Assembly: GCF_004010195.1 (NCBI RefSeq) | Contig: NC_057755.1 | Span: 697,581 to 761,580, forward strand | Length of the DNA stretch: 64,000 nt | Source of the DNA: Chiloscyllium plagiosum | Taxonomy: Eukaryota | Direction of reading: 5' to 3' | Shown: in pieces, positions 14,030 to 25,548 of the stretch | How positions within the stretch are numbered: the stretch's first letter is position 1 | How the letters are laid out: each line of letters begins with the position of its first letter | Translations under genes and position numbers: made by a program | The notes under the pieces: generated by a model | Seen by the model: only the letters and a program-made list of their open reading frames with translations | Told to the model about the DNA's origin: nothing | Database searches by the model: none

Positions 14030-14529
14030 NNNNNNNNNNNNNNNNNNNNNNNNNNNNNNNNNNNNNNNNNNNNNNNNNNNNNNNNNNNNNNNNNNNNNNN
14101 NNNNNNNNNNNNNNNNNNNNNNNNNNNNNNNNNNNNNNNNNNNNNNNNNNNNNNNNNNNNNNNNNNNNNNNNNNNNNNNNNNNNNNNNNNNNNNNNNNNN
14201 NNNNNNNNNNNNNNNNNNNNNNNNNNNNNNNNNNNNNNNNNNNNNNNNNNNNNNNNNNNNNNNNNNNNNNNNNNNNNNNNNNNNNNNNNNNNNNNNNNNN
14301 NNNNNNNNNNNNNNNNNNNNNNNNNNNNNNNNNNNNNNNNNNNNNNNNNNNNNNNNNNNNNNNNNNNNNNNNNNNNNNNNNNNNNNNNNNNNNNNNNNNN
14401 NNNNNNNNNNNNNNNNNNNNNNNNNNNNNNNNNNNNNNNNNNNNNNNNNNNNNNNNNNNNNNNNNNNNNNNNNNNNNNNNNNNNNNNNNNNNNNNNNNNN
14501 NNNNNNNNNNNNNNNNNNNNNNNNNNNNN
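14030..14529. other. Assembly gap (500 N)
   Basis: Run of N. Confidence 1.
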
Positions 14530-14539
14530 TAACTTTAAA

Positions 14540-16880
14540 TAAGGGTCACTGTGTGGGTATGAAAGCTAAGGTAACTGAAGTGAATGGCATAATCAGTTAG
14601 GTGATTGATCAATGGAGGTAGTGGTGACAGATATTTAAGAGATATTTCAGAATATTCACGATAAGTTTATTCTGACTGAAGCAAGAGGGAGAACTCATCA
14701 TCTGTGGTTAGCTAAAGAAACCAATCATTTTGAGGCAGTTGTGAAATGGATAGTAGGGCAGAGGATTGATCTGAAAGTAAAGAACGGCAGAGAATGACTA
14801 AAGGTTAATCAAGAGGAGGGAATTAGAATATGAGAAGAAGCAAGCTCGAAATCTGAAAGCCACAAAGCATGAGTTTGCACAGGTACTTAAAAACAAAATG
14901 TGTACATACAGTGAGTGTTATTCCTCTGGGGAGTAAGAATGTAGAGTTAATGGTAGACAGCAAAGAAATGACAGATGAACTGAACAAGTATTTTGCTTTT
15001 CTCTTCACTGCAGCAGATACAAAAAATCTTGAGTACTTGCTGTAAATCAGGAGGTGGGAGAGTGGGAGAAACAAAGTGAGATTGAAGTCACTCAGGAAGC
15101 TTTACTCAGTAACCTGATGAAATGATGGTCTGACAAGTCTCCAGCTCCACACGGACTTCATTGCATGGCCTGAAAGGCGATTGCTACTGAAGTCGTAGAT
15201 GTATTGGCATGAATTCTACAAAATTCCCCAGATTTAGGAGAGCTTCATTTGCCTTGAAAGATGTAAATATAATCCCTCTATTCAAGAATGAAGGAAGGCA
15301 GGAAACGATAGATACATCAAACACTATTACAGTAAATTCATAGATTACCATTATACATAGCAGATGATAATTCTTTGATGAAGTCTGATATATTGGTTAA
15401 ACATGGTTTTCCTTGAAAGGCAGATTGTCTGAGGAACTCTGAAGTGTTGAGGGATCTTGGTGTTCCAGTAAGAGTTACAAAAAGTTTATGCAGCTGCAGC
15501 ACCTTTCTTAAGGCGAAGAGAAACAATCCTTTATTACAAGTGGAAGTGAATGTATAAGTAAGGATATGATGCTTCAGTTATACAAGACATGTGAAATCAC
15601 ATCTCACATACTGTGTGTAGTTCTGATCTCTGTTGTATAAACTTATAATAATTGATCGCTGGAGACTGAGTACAGAATTTTAGTCATTTTATTCAAGCGA
15701 TGCGTGGAGACCAGAGTTGTTGTAGTATCACGACAGACTTAGCAGACCATAGGGGCAGCTCTCTTCATTAGAAGTATCCAACTGGTGGCGATTTAACTTG
15801 AGGGCCACCAGACCTGAGCCAAGGGAAGAGGTTGAGAACGAAAGTCGTTCATGGTAACCTCAAACCTGTGATGGAAATTGAAGCCACAGAGTTCGCATCA
15901 CATTGCTCTGAGAACCAATAATCCTGCTAATTGAGGTAAACCAGTTCCCTTAGACCTGAGTAAGACTCTGGAGAATACAGAAAACGTAAGCGCCTTGATA
16001 CCAGAAGCATCTCATTGTCCTAATTCTAATCTTACTTCATACAAGCAAAAGAAAACAGATTCCGTTTCCAGGTCACGTGTTAATGATATTAGATACTCCT
16101 TCACTCAGTCACAAATCATTTAGTCTGTGATTTTGTTCCCCATTCTTTATCAGTTTCTGTCATCTCCCTGTCTCTGAACCTGTTCTGGCCCGAAGGACTC
16201 CTTGGAATGATTTGATGGGACAAACTGTCATTTGTGAATTCCTGCTGAGACTAACCTCTAGGATGCAACAGGTTCATTTGGCATAAGGCTCATTAATTGA
16301 AGCCTGACCTGTAATTTTACTGTACTCATCTCTATTGCATCCTTGCGTCTCAGTTCACTCTGACCTCAATCCCCTTAAATAGAAAAGGATGTAAATGCAT
16401 TGGAGGGGTTCAGAGGAGGTTTACAAGATAAATACTTTGAACGATTAGCTTGTCTTATGAAGATGCATGGACGGACTTAGTTTGTTTCCACTGGAGTTTA
16501 GACAAGTTCAGGGCGAATTGGTCAAAATATATAAAAGCCCTCAGAGTCTTGATAAGTTGGATCTGGAATGGATGGTGTTTCATGTGGGTCAGTTCAGAAC
16601 AAGGGGGCACTGTTTTAAAATTAGGGGTTATCTTTTGAGGGGAATTTCTTCTTGAGGGCTGTTTTAATTTGGAACGCTGTGTTCAGAAAGTTATGGAGGT
16701 AGTGTCATTGAATAATTTAAAGTCACAGGTAGATATTTCCCTTTGTGTAACAAGAATCTACGTTCCTAGTGAGAGATGAGAATGCAGAGCTCAAAGCACA
16801 AGCTGATTAGCCACAATCTTGTTAAAGTGTGAAGCAAGCCAAGGGAGCAAATGGTCTACTTCTGCTCCAGGTAGGTATGT
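14540..16880 (+). mobile_element. Old, rearranged CR1 remnant
   Basis: KEMTDELNKYFA and DKSPAPHG, a short inverted piece at 15338-15430, and a CR1 3' region at 16380-16880. Confidence 0.65.
15631..16368 (-). mobile_element. Putative solo LTR inserted in a CR1 remnant
   Basis: TG...CA ends, 5-bp flanks atctc/atccc (one mismatch), and a minus-strand AATAAA near 15690. CR1 sequence resumes on both sides. Confidence 0.55.
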
Positions 16881-17286
16881 CTATATGTGATATTGGAATT
16901 TTTGTTATTATAAGTAATAGTGTTAATACTAAACACTGTTTTCTTTCTCTTTTGTTCTCTGAAATTTGTGTGCAATCTCACTCTGGTTCTCTCACGTGCT
17001 CTCTCTCTTTCTCTCTCTCTGTCTCTCTCTCTCTCCCTCTCTCTCTACCACCCCGCCCGCCCCCGGCTCTCTTATGCATGCCCTCTTTCTGTCTGGTTCC
17101 CACATGCATGTTGTTTCTCTCTGGCTCTCTTGCACCCTCTGTCTTCTCTATGGCTCTCTCGTGCACGCTGACTCTATGTCCATCTCTCTCTCGCTCCCTC
17201 ATGCAGCCTCTGACTCTCTTGCAAGCACAATGTCTCTTTCCGTCTATTACTGTCTTTCTCCCTCCTCCTATCTCTCTGATCACCAG

Positions 17287-17457
17287 TCTCAACAATAACA
17301 TACTCACAGGTTTATGTGCCGACGATCTCAGCTCCATTCGAAGTACAAACCGCTGACTGGATGTTGTGAATCTGAATGGTAATAAATTGGGAGATTCAGG
17401 AGTGACACTGCTGTCAGGAGCTCTGAGGAATCGGAACTTTAAAATACAGAAACTGGA
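17287..17457 (+). pseudogene. NLR (NLRP3/NLRC3-like) leucine-rich-repeat exon 1, in-frame TGA
   Basis: Exactly 171 nt between caccag| and |gtaagt. Translates LNNNILTGLCADDLSSIRSTNR*LDVVNLNGNKLGDSGVTLLSGALRNRNFKIQKL, the ribonuclease-inhibitor-type LRR pair of NLR genes. Confidence 0.88.
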
Positions 17458-17581
17458 GTAAGTACCCACATAGTTTAAATTGTTTTTCTAATAACTAGAT
17501 GCTCAACACTTTATTGTTAACACAAACATGAATAAAACTGGGTATATCCTTTGATTCTTTTTCACATTTTCAATTCCCCAG

Positions 17582-17750
17582 TTTTTGTGAAAACTCTCTT
17601 GAATCTTGTGCTGAGAGTCTCACCTCCATATTCAATACAAACCAGTCACTGACAGAACTAAAACCTCGGAAATAATAAGCTGAAACATTTCGGAGTGAAA
17701 TTACTGTCATTTGATCTGATGAATCGTCAATGCAAAATACAAAAGTTGTT
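17582..17750 (+). pseudogene. NLR LRR exon 2, frameshifted
   Basis: Bounded by ccccag| and |gtaagc. Translates FCENSLESCAESLTSIFNTNQSLTEL / NLGNNKLKHFGVKLLSFDLMNRQCKIQKL with a +1 shift. Confidence 0.83.
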
Positions 17751-17863
17751 GTAAGCACCAAACTCTGTGAGACTGTTTATGATTAAGTTGTTGTTTGGAT
17801 AAGTAGTGACCAATTCTGGGGTTTTACTCTGATTCCTGTTACTTCATTCTCTCTCATCCGAAG

Positions 17864-18033
17864 GCTGTATATAAATAGTCTGCCAAAATCTTGTGTTCAA
17901 CATCTCAGCTCTGCTCTCAATACAAACCAGTCTTTAATGGAACTGAACATGAATAATAACAATTTCGGAGATTCAGAGTTTAAACTCAAGTGTGCAGTTC
18001 TGGGGAACTCGGAATGTAACTACATAAACTGCA
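17864..18033 (+). pseudogene. NLR LRR exon 3, frameshifted near the end
   Basis: Bounded by ccgaag| and |gtatgt; 170 nt. Translates LYINSLPKSCVQHLSSALNTNQSLMELNMNNNNFGDSEFKLKCAVLGNSEC. Confidence 0.8.
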
Positions 18034-19744
18034 GTATGTACAGATTCAGTGAGATTGTGTTTCTGTGTATTGATGTCACACTGTACATGGTTATTCCTAT
18101 CAATAATTTCTTTAATAGATGCTTTAAAATATCAGTATCTGCTATACGATCGAAAATGCACACTCTTACTATCATCCAACTGACCAACTGAGTAGTTGGT
18201 CAGTTGGATCTAGGGCATTGCACGAGTCTTAGATATAGACATTCGGAATACCAATAAATGTAAAGAGAAAATATTCCGAGATGAATTTCCAAACTTACTC
18301 CCATTTGCAACATGTTGAAGACCAGTGTGTTACAATTGCAAGCTGATGATCGAACTGATCCATGTAATAAAATCCTTTGTTTCTGTCACATTGCAAACCC
18401 ACAAAGGATTGAAAGTGGGAAGAGTGAAAGAAAGGCAAGTTGCCAGGGTAAAGAAGGGTCAACTGCCAATGCCTTACGATGAATTCTATGGGCCAGACAA
18501 GAAGGTGCTGAGACTGGAAGTGAAAATCAAAAGCTTGTATTTCTGTTGTTAAAAAAAAATGAGTATTTTTGTTCATGACGTTGTGGGGTAGCCCATGGAA
18601 CTAACTGTGTCCACAAATGAAAGTCCAAAAGAGAACGCTCCAGGAAACTGCTGCTCAAATTGTAATGTTAGTTACACCTGGGTGACTGAAGTAAACACTG
18701 CTGTTCTTCATTCAAATAGTACATTACAATCCAAGGTGATAAACCTGAAAAGTAATGAAGAGTGCACATCTGTCTTGTTGGGCAAAGTGCACTAAAAGCA
18801 TGAATTGTTGTCCGGAGTAGTGGTGGTAGAAGTTGTTCAGCAATTCTTAGGAGAAACAGTTGACTTATCAAACAATTTGATTGGATTCGTTTGGTAATGA
18901 GTCACTGACATGGGATTTATGACCTTTAAATGTCTTAGTTTTGTGTCCATGAAATTTACAGCAGGAATCAGTCCCCACATATGTTGATTGAAGCAGACAT
19001 CATTAGATCTTACACGAGAGGGTGAGCAGAGGAGATCACCAAGATGTTACCTGGAATGCAGAACTTTAGGTATGAGACAGACTGGACAGCATTAGCTTGT
19101 TTTCCTAGAGCATAGGATCAAAACAACAGGAGTAGGAGCTTGTTCTGCCATTCAAGAAGATCATGGCTGACTTATGGAGTAACTGTCTCTCGCCCATATC
19201 CCTTAATACCTTTGATAAACAAAAATGTATTTATCTTACATTTAAAGATAACAATTGATCTGACAGTTCCAAATACTTACTATTGATTGTGCAGAGAAGT
19301 GCTTCCGAACATCTCTCCTGACTGATATGGCCCTGATTCTCAGACTCCTTTTAGAATCTGTAACCAGTAGAATCTGCAACCAGTTTATCTGCCCTGTCTT
19401 TCCATGTCAAGGCTTTAATCAGATATCCCCTTAATCTTCCAGATTCTAGAGAAAACAGGCCAAATGTATATAATCTCTGGTCACATCTACACTCCAGGGG
19501 AAAATTATCATTCTTCAAAGAAGGCTGGAGGGTTACATGATGGAAGTGAATAAGATTTTGATGGGCATGAATAGGGTACCGCGGTTTCCCTTAATTCAAG
19601 TATAAATAGGAAGGTAAATTAATTTTAGAGTGAAGAACATGAGGTTTAGAAGGAATTGGAGGAAAATTGTTTTTACACAGAGGTGGTGGATATCTGTGGT
19701 GCTTGGAAGCGGATTGGAGATGGGAACCTTTTAAAACGTGTTGG

Positions 19745-21780
19745 ATGAACACTTGGAATATCAAGGACGTTGAGAGTTTATCGTCAAGACTAACCAGATG
19801 ATTCGGATAAAGGAATTTTGTTTGAACTTCTTGCGATCAGAGATTCACCAGAGGAATTGGCCACATTCAGTCCATTTGAATTAGTTTTTGGGCAAGGAGT
19901 GAGAGGACAGTTCAATTTAGTTCAGGAGAAATTGGAAAGTTAGAATTCAGAGACCACATATTTGAACTGTGTTATATTTTCGAGAATGACCTAATAGAGT
20001 GGGGGAGTTGTCTGGACAGCATTTCAAAGAATCACAGTGTGCAATGAAACAGGAATCATGCAAGCAAACAAAAAATGGCAATTTTGCTGTCGAGATAAGT
20101 TGTTAAAGTTACTTCCAGCGATAGTTGAACCTTTTAAAGCAAGGTTTAGTGGACCTGATCAAGTCAAGGAGGTTGAGTGAGGTGAACTATTGGATAAAGA
20201 CTCCTGTGTCTTTCGCAGAGTGTAACATGTGAATATGCTCAAAAGGTATTTTGACGGGGGAGGAAAGCAAACGGAGGCTGTGTTATTGATTACAACATGG
20301 AGGGAAGAACCAAGTTCAGATAATTCTGAATTGCAAATTCCTCATATTAAATTGAGCAATGAGGAGGTTGTAAAAAATTGTGATAAAGTATTGAGAAAAA
20401 TGGAAATGACCAGAAGGAGGTATTGCTATCACATTGAGAGATATATAGAAATATGCTGGAAAGTACAAACCGAATTATGCATGACTTAAATAGAGGAAAT
20501 GCTCTTTCGATTATGAACATTCGTATAAGCGTAACCCTCAAAAATTGACACAGGTTTAAAATGTGATTGGAGATGTGCTCCAAGACGGCATAATCAAACT
20601 GAGTTAAAGTGACTGGAGCTCACCCATAGTAATGGTATCAAAACCAAATGGTACCCAACAGTTATATGTATTGTCACAAAGGTGGTGCATTTACAAAGAC
20701 TGATGCATATCCGATTCCAAATTTGGATGACTGTGTTGAAAAAGTTAACCAAGCAAATAATATTTCGAAGTTAGATTTGCTCAGAGGATACTGGCGAGTA
20801 CGTTGTCAAAAAGAGTGAAAACAATTTCAGCTTTTGTATTGTCGAATAGACTTTATCAGTTTAAAGTCATATCATTTGGTATGAAAAATGCGTCAGCCAC
20901 ATTTCATAGCTTAACCAGTAAGGTCATTTCTGTTATTACCCACTGTGTAGCATATAAAGATGACCTAGTAATTTTTAGGCACACATGGAAGCAACATTTG
21001 CAACATTTCTCAGAATTGTTTGATCGACTTTGGGAGGGAGGCTTGATGATATACCGAACTAAAAGTAAAAATTTTCCAAACTCCAAGTCACCTTCCTGCG
21101 CCATGTTATTAGGCATGGACAAATGACCCGAAAGAATGTATTAACAGAGGTAATTGAGAAGTTTCCCAAACCATCAACAAAAAGAGCGGTACTACAATTC
21201 CTGGGATTGAATGGATTTTATCGGAAATTCGTACCAAATTTTAGCAGTGTGGATGCTCCACTCACTGAATTACTAAAGAATGGCAAGACGTTTTAGCGCC
21301 TAGCAGACTGCCAGAAGATATTTGCCAGCCTGAAAGTTCTGTTAACCAATGCTCCAGTATTAGCCACACATATTTGTACAAAGCCATTCAAGGTGGCTAT
21401 CGATACGAGAGATTTGGATGTTCATACTGTGTTCTTACAGGAAGATGACGAGAAGATAAAAATATCTATCAGGTATTTCAGCAGGAAATTGAACATACAT
21501 TAGCAGAAATAGTTGTGTGTTTAGAAGGAGACTTTGAGCTTGGTATTGGCTTTAAAATATTTCAATTTTTATGTTACAAGTAATTTGAATGAATCAATTA
21601 TATCCACTGAACATAAACCATTGAGGTTTAGAGGCAAATTTAAAGGCAAAAATTCCAGACGGTTCAGATGGAGCTTGTTGTTACAAGCATTCAATTTGAA
21701 AATTGTACACGTGGGCAGACCGGGAAAACATGATTGCCAATGCAGTTTCGAGACTTGAATGAGATACAGAGGTGTTCGGT
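19745..21780 (+). mobile_element. Degenerate Gypsy (Gmr1-like) internal region, order integrase-RT-RNase H
   Basis: Integrase C-terminal part (LLAIRDSPEE..FSPFELVFG..VRG) at ~19800-19950. RT (WSSPIVMV, KTDAYPIP, LDLLRGYW, FKVISFGMKNASATF, YKDDLVIF) at ~20600-21120. RNase H (PFKVAID, YFSRKL, TEHKPL, FRWSLLLQ) at ~21370-21730. Many stops and frameshifts. Confidence 0.88.
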
Positions 21781-21919
21781 GCCAGGAGTAAAACTTAATG
21801 AAGCAAGATAGTAGTACATGTTTGCACGGTTACTGTCAATGTAATGCATATGGGTGTTGTAATGTGCTAATAGTTAAAGATTGGATCTTTGGATTTGTTT
21901 TTTTTTGTAAGGGGGAAGG

Positions 21920-24348
21920 TGTAATGATGTTGCTCCTTTTATAAGGTTGTATTGTCCTTAGTTTTTTTTGTGTGTGGTTATAAATGAAGGTGCCCAGGTA
22001 TCTAATTTGGGTGGGTTATTGGACCAACTTGATACCTTACCTATAGTGCTTCACGAAAAAGGATGTTAACTGTGTAAAAAAAAAACTTATACAATGAAAG
22101 AGGAGTGGCTAGTTCTCCCAGCTCAGCTTTGCTTTGACATCTCTCTTGTGTTCGATTTTACTTGTTTTGCCAAAGGATGTGTCAAGAAGAAGAAGGCTTA
22201 TGTTCGATGAAACACGACGGCTCAGTAAGGGCACTTATGAGTTGTAAGATCGCTCTGAAGCACCTAAAGAGATAACTAAGAAGAGCCAGGAGGGGACATG
22301 AAAAGTCGTTGGCATATAGAATCAAGCAAAACCCTAAAGCTTTCTATTGGTATATCAGGAATAAAAGAATGAGAAGAGCAAGATTAAGGCCAATCAAGGA
22401 CATTAGAAGAAAGTTGTGTCCAAGGAGATAGGAGAAGTGCAAAATCATTTTTATTTGTCATTATTCATACTGGAAACAGACAAAATTTGTGTGGAGAATA
22501 CTGAAATAGAGGCTACAAGACGAGACGGATTGAGATTGACAAGCAGGGGTTATTAATAATTCTGGAAAGTGTGAAAATAGATCATTCCACTGGGCCGAAT
22601 GCGATTCTCTGGGAAGCTAGGGAGGAGATTGCAGAGCCTTTAGCTTTGATCTTTATGTCGGCATTGTCGACAGGAATAGTGCCAGAAGACTGGAGGACAG
22701 CAAATGTTAGGTTTCCTTGTACGTGAAGGGGAAGAGAGGCAACTTTGGTAGTTATAGACCAGTGAGCCTTACTTCGGTTGTGGATAAAGTATTGGAAAAG
22801 GTGAAAAGAGAGAGGATTTATAATCGTCTAGAAAGGAATAAGTTCATTAGTGATAGTCAACAAGTTTTGTGACGTATAGATCATGCCTCACAATCCTTAT
22901 TGAGTTCTTTAAGAAGATGAAAAAAGGTGGATGAGGGGTGAGCAGTTGATGTGGTGTATATGGATTTCAGTAAGACGTTTGATAAAGTTCCGCACTGTAT
23001 GCTATTGCAAAAATTCCAGAGGCATGGGATCGAGGGTGATTAGCGGTTTGGATCAGACACTGGCTAGCTGAAAGAAGAGGGCGGTGGTTGATGGGAAATA
23101 ATTATCCTGGAGTTCAGTTACTGGTGGCGTACCACAAGCATCTATTTTGGGTCACTGCCGTTTGGTATTTTTATAAATGATCTGGATGTGGGCGGAGAAG
23201 GATGGTTCGTAAATTTGCAGATGACACAGAGGATCAGAGTTGTGGATCGTTCCAAAGGATGTTGCAGGTTCTAAAGGCATCGAGGTAAGCTGCAGACCTG
23301 GGCTGAGAAGTGGCAAATGGAGGTTAACGTAGAAAGGTGTGAGGTGATTCACTTTGGAAAGAGCAACAGAAATGAAGATTACTGCGCTAATGGTAAGTGT
23401 AGATGAGCAGAGAGATCTCAGTATCCATGTATATAGATCCCTGAAAGTTACCACCTCGGTTGATAGGTTTGATAAGCAGGCTTATAGCGTGTTAGCTTTT
23501 CTTGGCAGAGGTATTGCGTTTTGGAGCCTCGAGGTCATGTTACACCTGAACAAAACTTTATGCAGCCACACGAAGCGAATTGCATACAGTTCTAGCCACT
23601 ACATTATAGGAAAGATGTTCAAGCTTTGGAAAGGGTTCAGAGGCAATTTACTAGGATATTACCTGATATGGAGAGAAGGTCTTATGAGGAAAGGCTGAGG
23701 GGCTTGAGGTTGTCTTCATTCGAGAGGAAAAGTTTGAGAGGTGAATTAACTGAGACATATTAGATAATGAGAGGGTTAATTAGGGTGGACAGTGGGATCC
23801 TCGGATGGTGATGGCTAGGGCGAGGGGACATAGCTTTAAATTGAGAGGTGATAGATATAGGACAGATGTCAGACATATTTTCTTTACCCAGCGAGTTGTA
23901 GGGGCGTGGACAACAACAGTAGTAGATTCGCCAACTTTAGAGGCACTCAAGTAGACATTAGTTAAACATATGGATGAAAATAGGGTAGTGTAGGATGGAT
24001 AGGTTTCAGATTGGTTCCACAGGTCGGCCCACATCGAGGGCTGAAGAGCCTGTACTCCGCTGCAATGTTCTATGTTTGTGGGGATTGTTGGAGGAATTTG
24101 GAACAGTCGTTAATTTGGGACAGTCTGTTGAGTTTTTGGGTAGATTAAGTTAATCTGTATTCTGTTCTCTTTTGTTTGTGTTTCATTTGGTACTATAAAT
24201 AAATTCTGTTTTATTTATAACCAAGGGTTCTTGCCCAGCTGCGTCACTCTGGAATACCGACTCTACACCTGCTCAAAACAAGTAGAAAAGTTAGAGTCAG
24301 GGCTAACATCTTGAAATGTTTTGAGAGCGTCTGGCCTGGTCCATAACC
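21920..24348 (+). mobile_element. 3' LTR of the Gypsy element, split by a CR1 insertion
   Basis: Polypurine tract aagggggaagg (21909-21919) followed by TGTAATGATG. The LTR resumes at ~24075 with aataaa and ends ggtccataac. Confidence 0.78.
22170..24075 (+). mobile_element. CR1 LINE inserted in the Gypsy LTR
   Basis: Decayed ORF2 (YRPVSLTSVV, VYMDFSKTFDKVPH, FADDT) and 3' tail atgttctatgtt. Confidence 0.88.
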
Positions 24349-25464
24349 AGTAGAGATTGTTGGGTTTCTGACTGTTAAATGGATCAAAAATTATGGAGAG
24401 AAGGCAGGAAAATGCAATTAAGAAACAGATCCTTCATGATCAAATGGCTCATGAGCTGAATGGTCTAACTGTGCTCCTACATTGTATGGCGTTATAAACC
24501 AATATTTAACATTATTTATATAAGGACACAAACAGTTCCAATGTTGCATATTAGTTCAAATATGGACTGAAAAACTGGAATCCAGCCTTTCCTTGCATAT
24601 TCCCCTGTCTTGTTTCATTCATTAGGCTTAGGCCTTTGAACTAAAGTAACAGTTCAGCTATCAGCCTGCAGGAGGTACCGATACTGATATTTAGATATTT
24701 GCCACGTAACTAGAAATATGCCATTGAGAGCAATCTGTGCACTGTGACCTGCTGAAGGGCTCACTTGTCCTTTTTCAGGAGACAGAGTCTCATGATCAGA
24801 CTGAGACAGAAACACACCGAGAGGGACACAGAAACACAACCACAACCTCACACACACAAACACACAGATCCACACCCACATACAGAAATGCAGTCAACAT
24901 GCGCGTACACACACACACGCACACATACACAGAGAAATGTGGGAACACATCTACACAAAGACTACCGAAACATTTCCACACGATCACAATACACACAAGA
25001 GTATAATCAGAGTGCAAAAGGGGGGCACACCTACTCTCAAATTCGCACACGTGCACACACATAGTAAAACAGACCTACGGGAACACACCCATGTAAAGAC
25101 AGAATGCATACGCGTCCACACACAGAAAGCAATCATCTCACATAGAAATACATCTCCACACAGAAAAAGAATCACAGCCATACCCTCACACGCATATAGA
25201 CACGAACTCAGAATCAGAGACATTACACACCAACCTGCAAGAACTGAGAGAAAATTCAAACAGAGTTACTGAATCACAACCCCAATAAGATATAGACTGA
25301 AAGCGACCCCCAGAAACAAACAGAGACATCCACAGAGATACCCTACTGGGGGCACAGAAAGATCTTGACACATTGACAGACAGCCAAATGGAACCTGAAC
25401 AAACAACTCACCTGCATGAACAAGAGAATAGCCAGGCAGAGATAAATCCCACACTCCCACAACT

Positions 25465-25548
25465 AGGGAGGGACACACACACACAGCGAGAGGGAGGGAC
25501 ACACACACAGCGAGAGAGGGACACACACACACACAGCGAGGGAGGGAC
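25465..25548 (+). repeat. Short minisatellite (gggagggacacacacacagcga-like units)
   Basis: About 3.5 tandem copies of 22-26 nt, present only in copy B. Confidence 0.75.

Noticed and set aside
13929..14600. Long ORFs of 181-223 aa
   Set aside because: Artefacts of the 500-N gap.
18325..18552. Possible terminal NLR exon
   Set aside because: No LRR pattern or convincing splice acceptor; cannot be supported.
25465..25548. Repeat-spacer-like pattern (CRISPR?)
   Set aside because: Simple CA-based minisatellite without unique spacers, in eukaryotic DNA.
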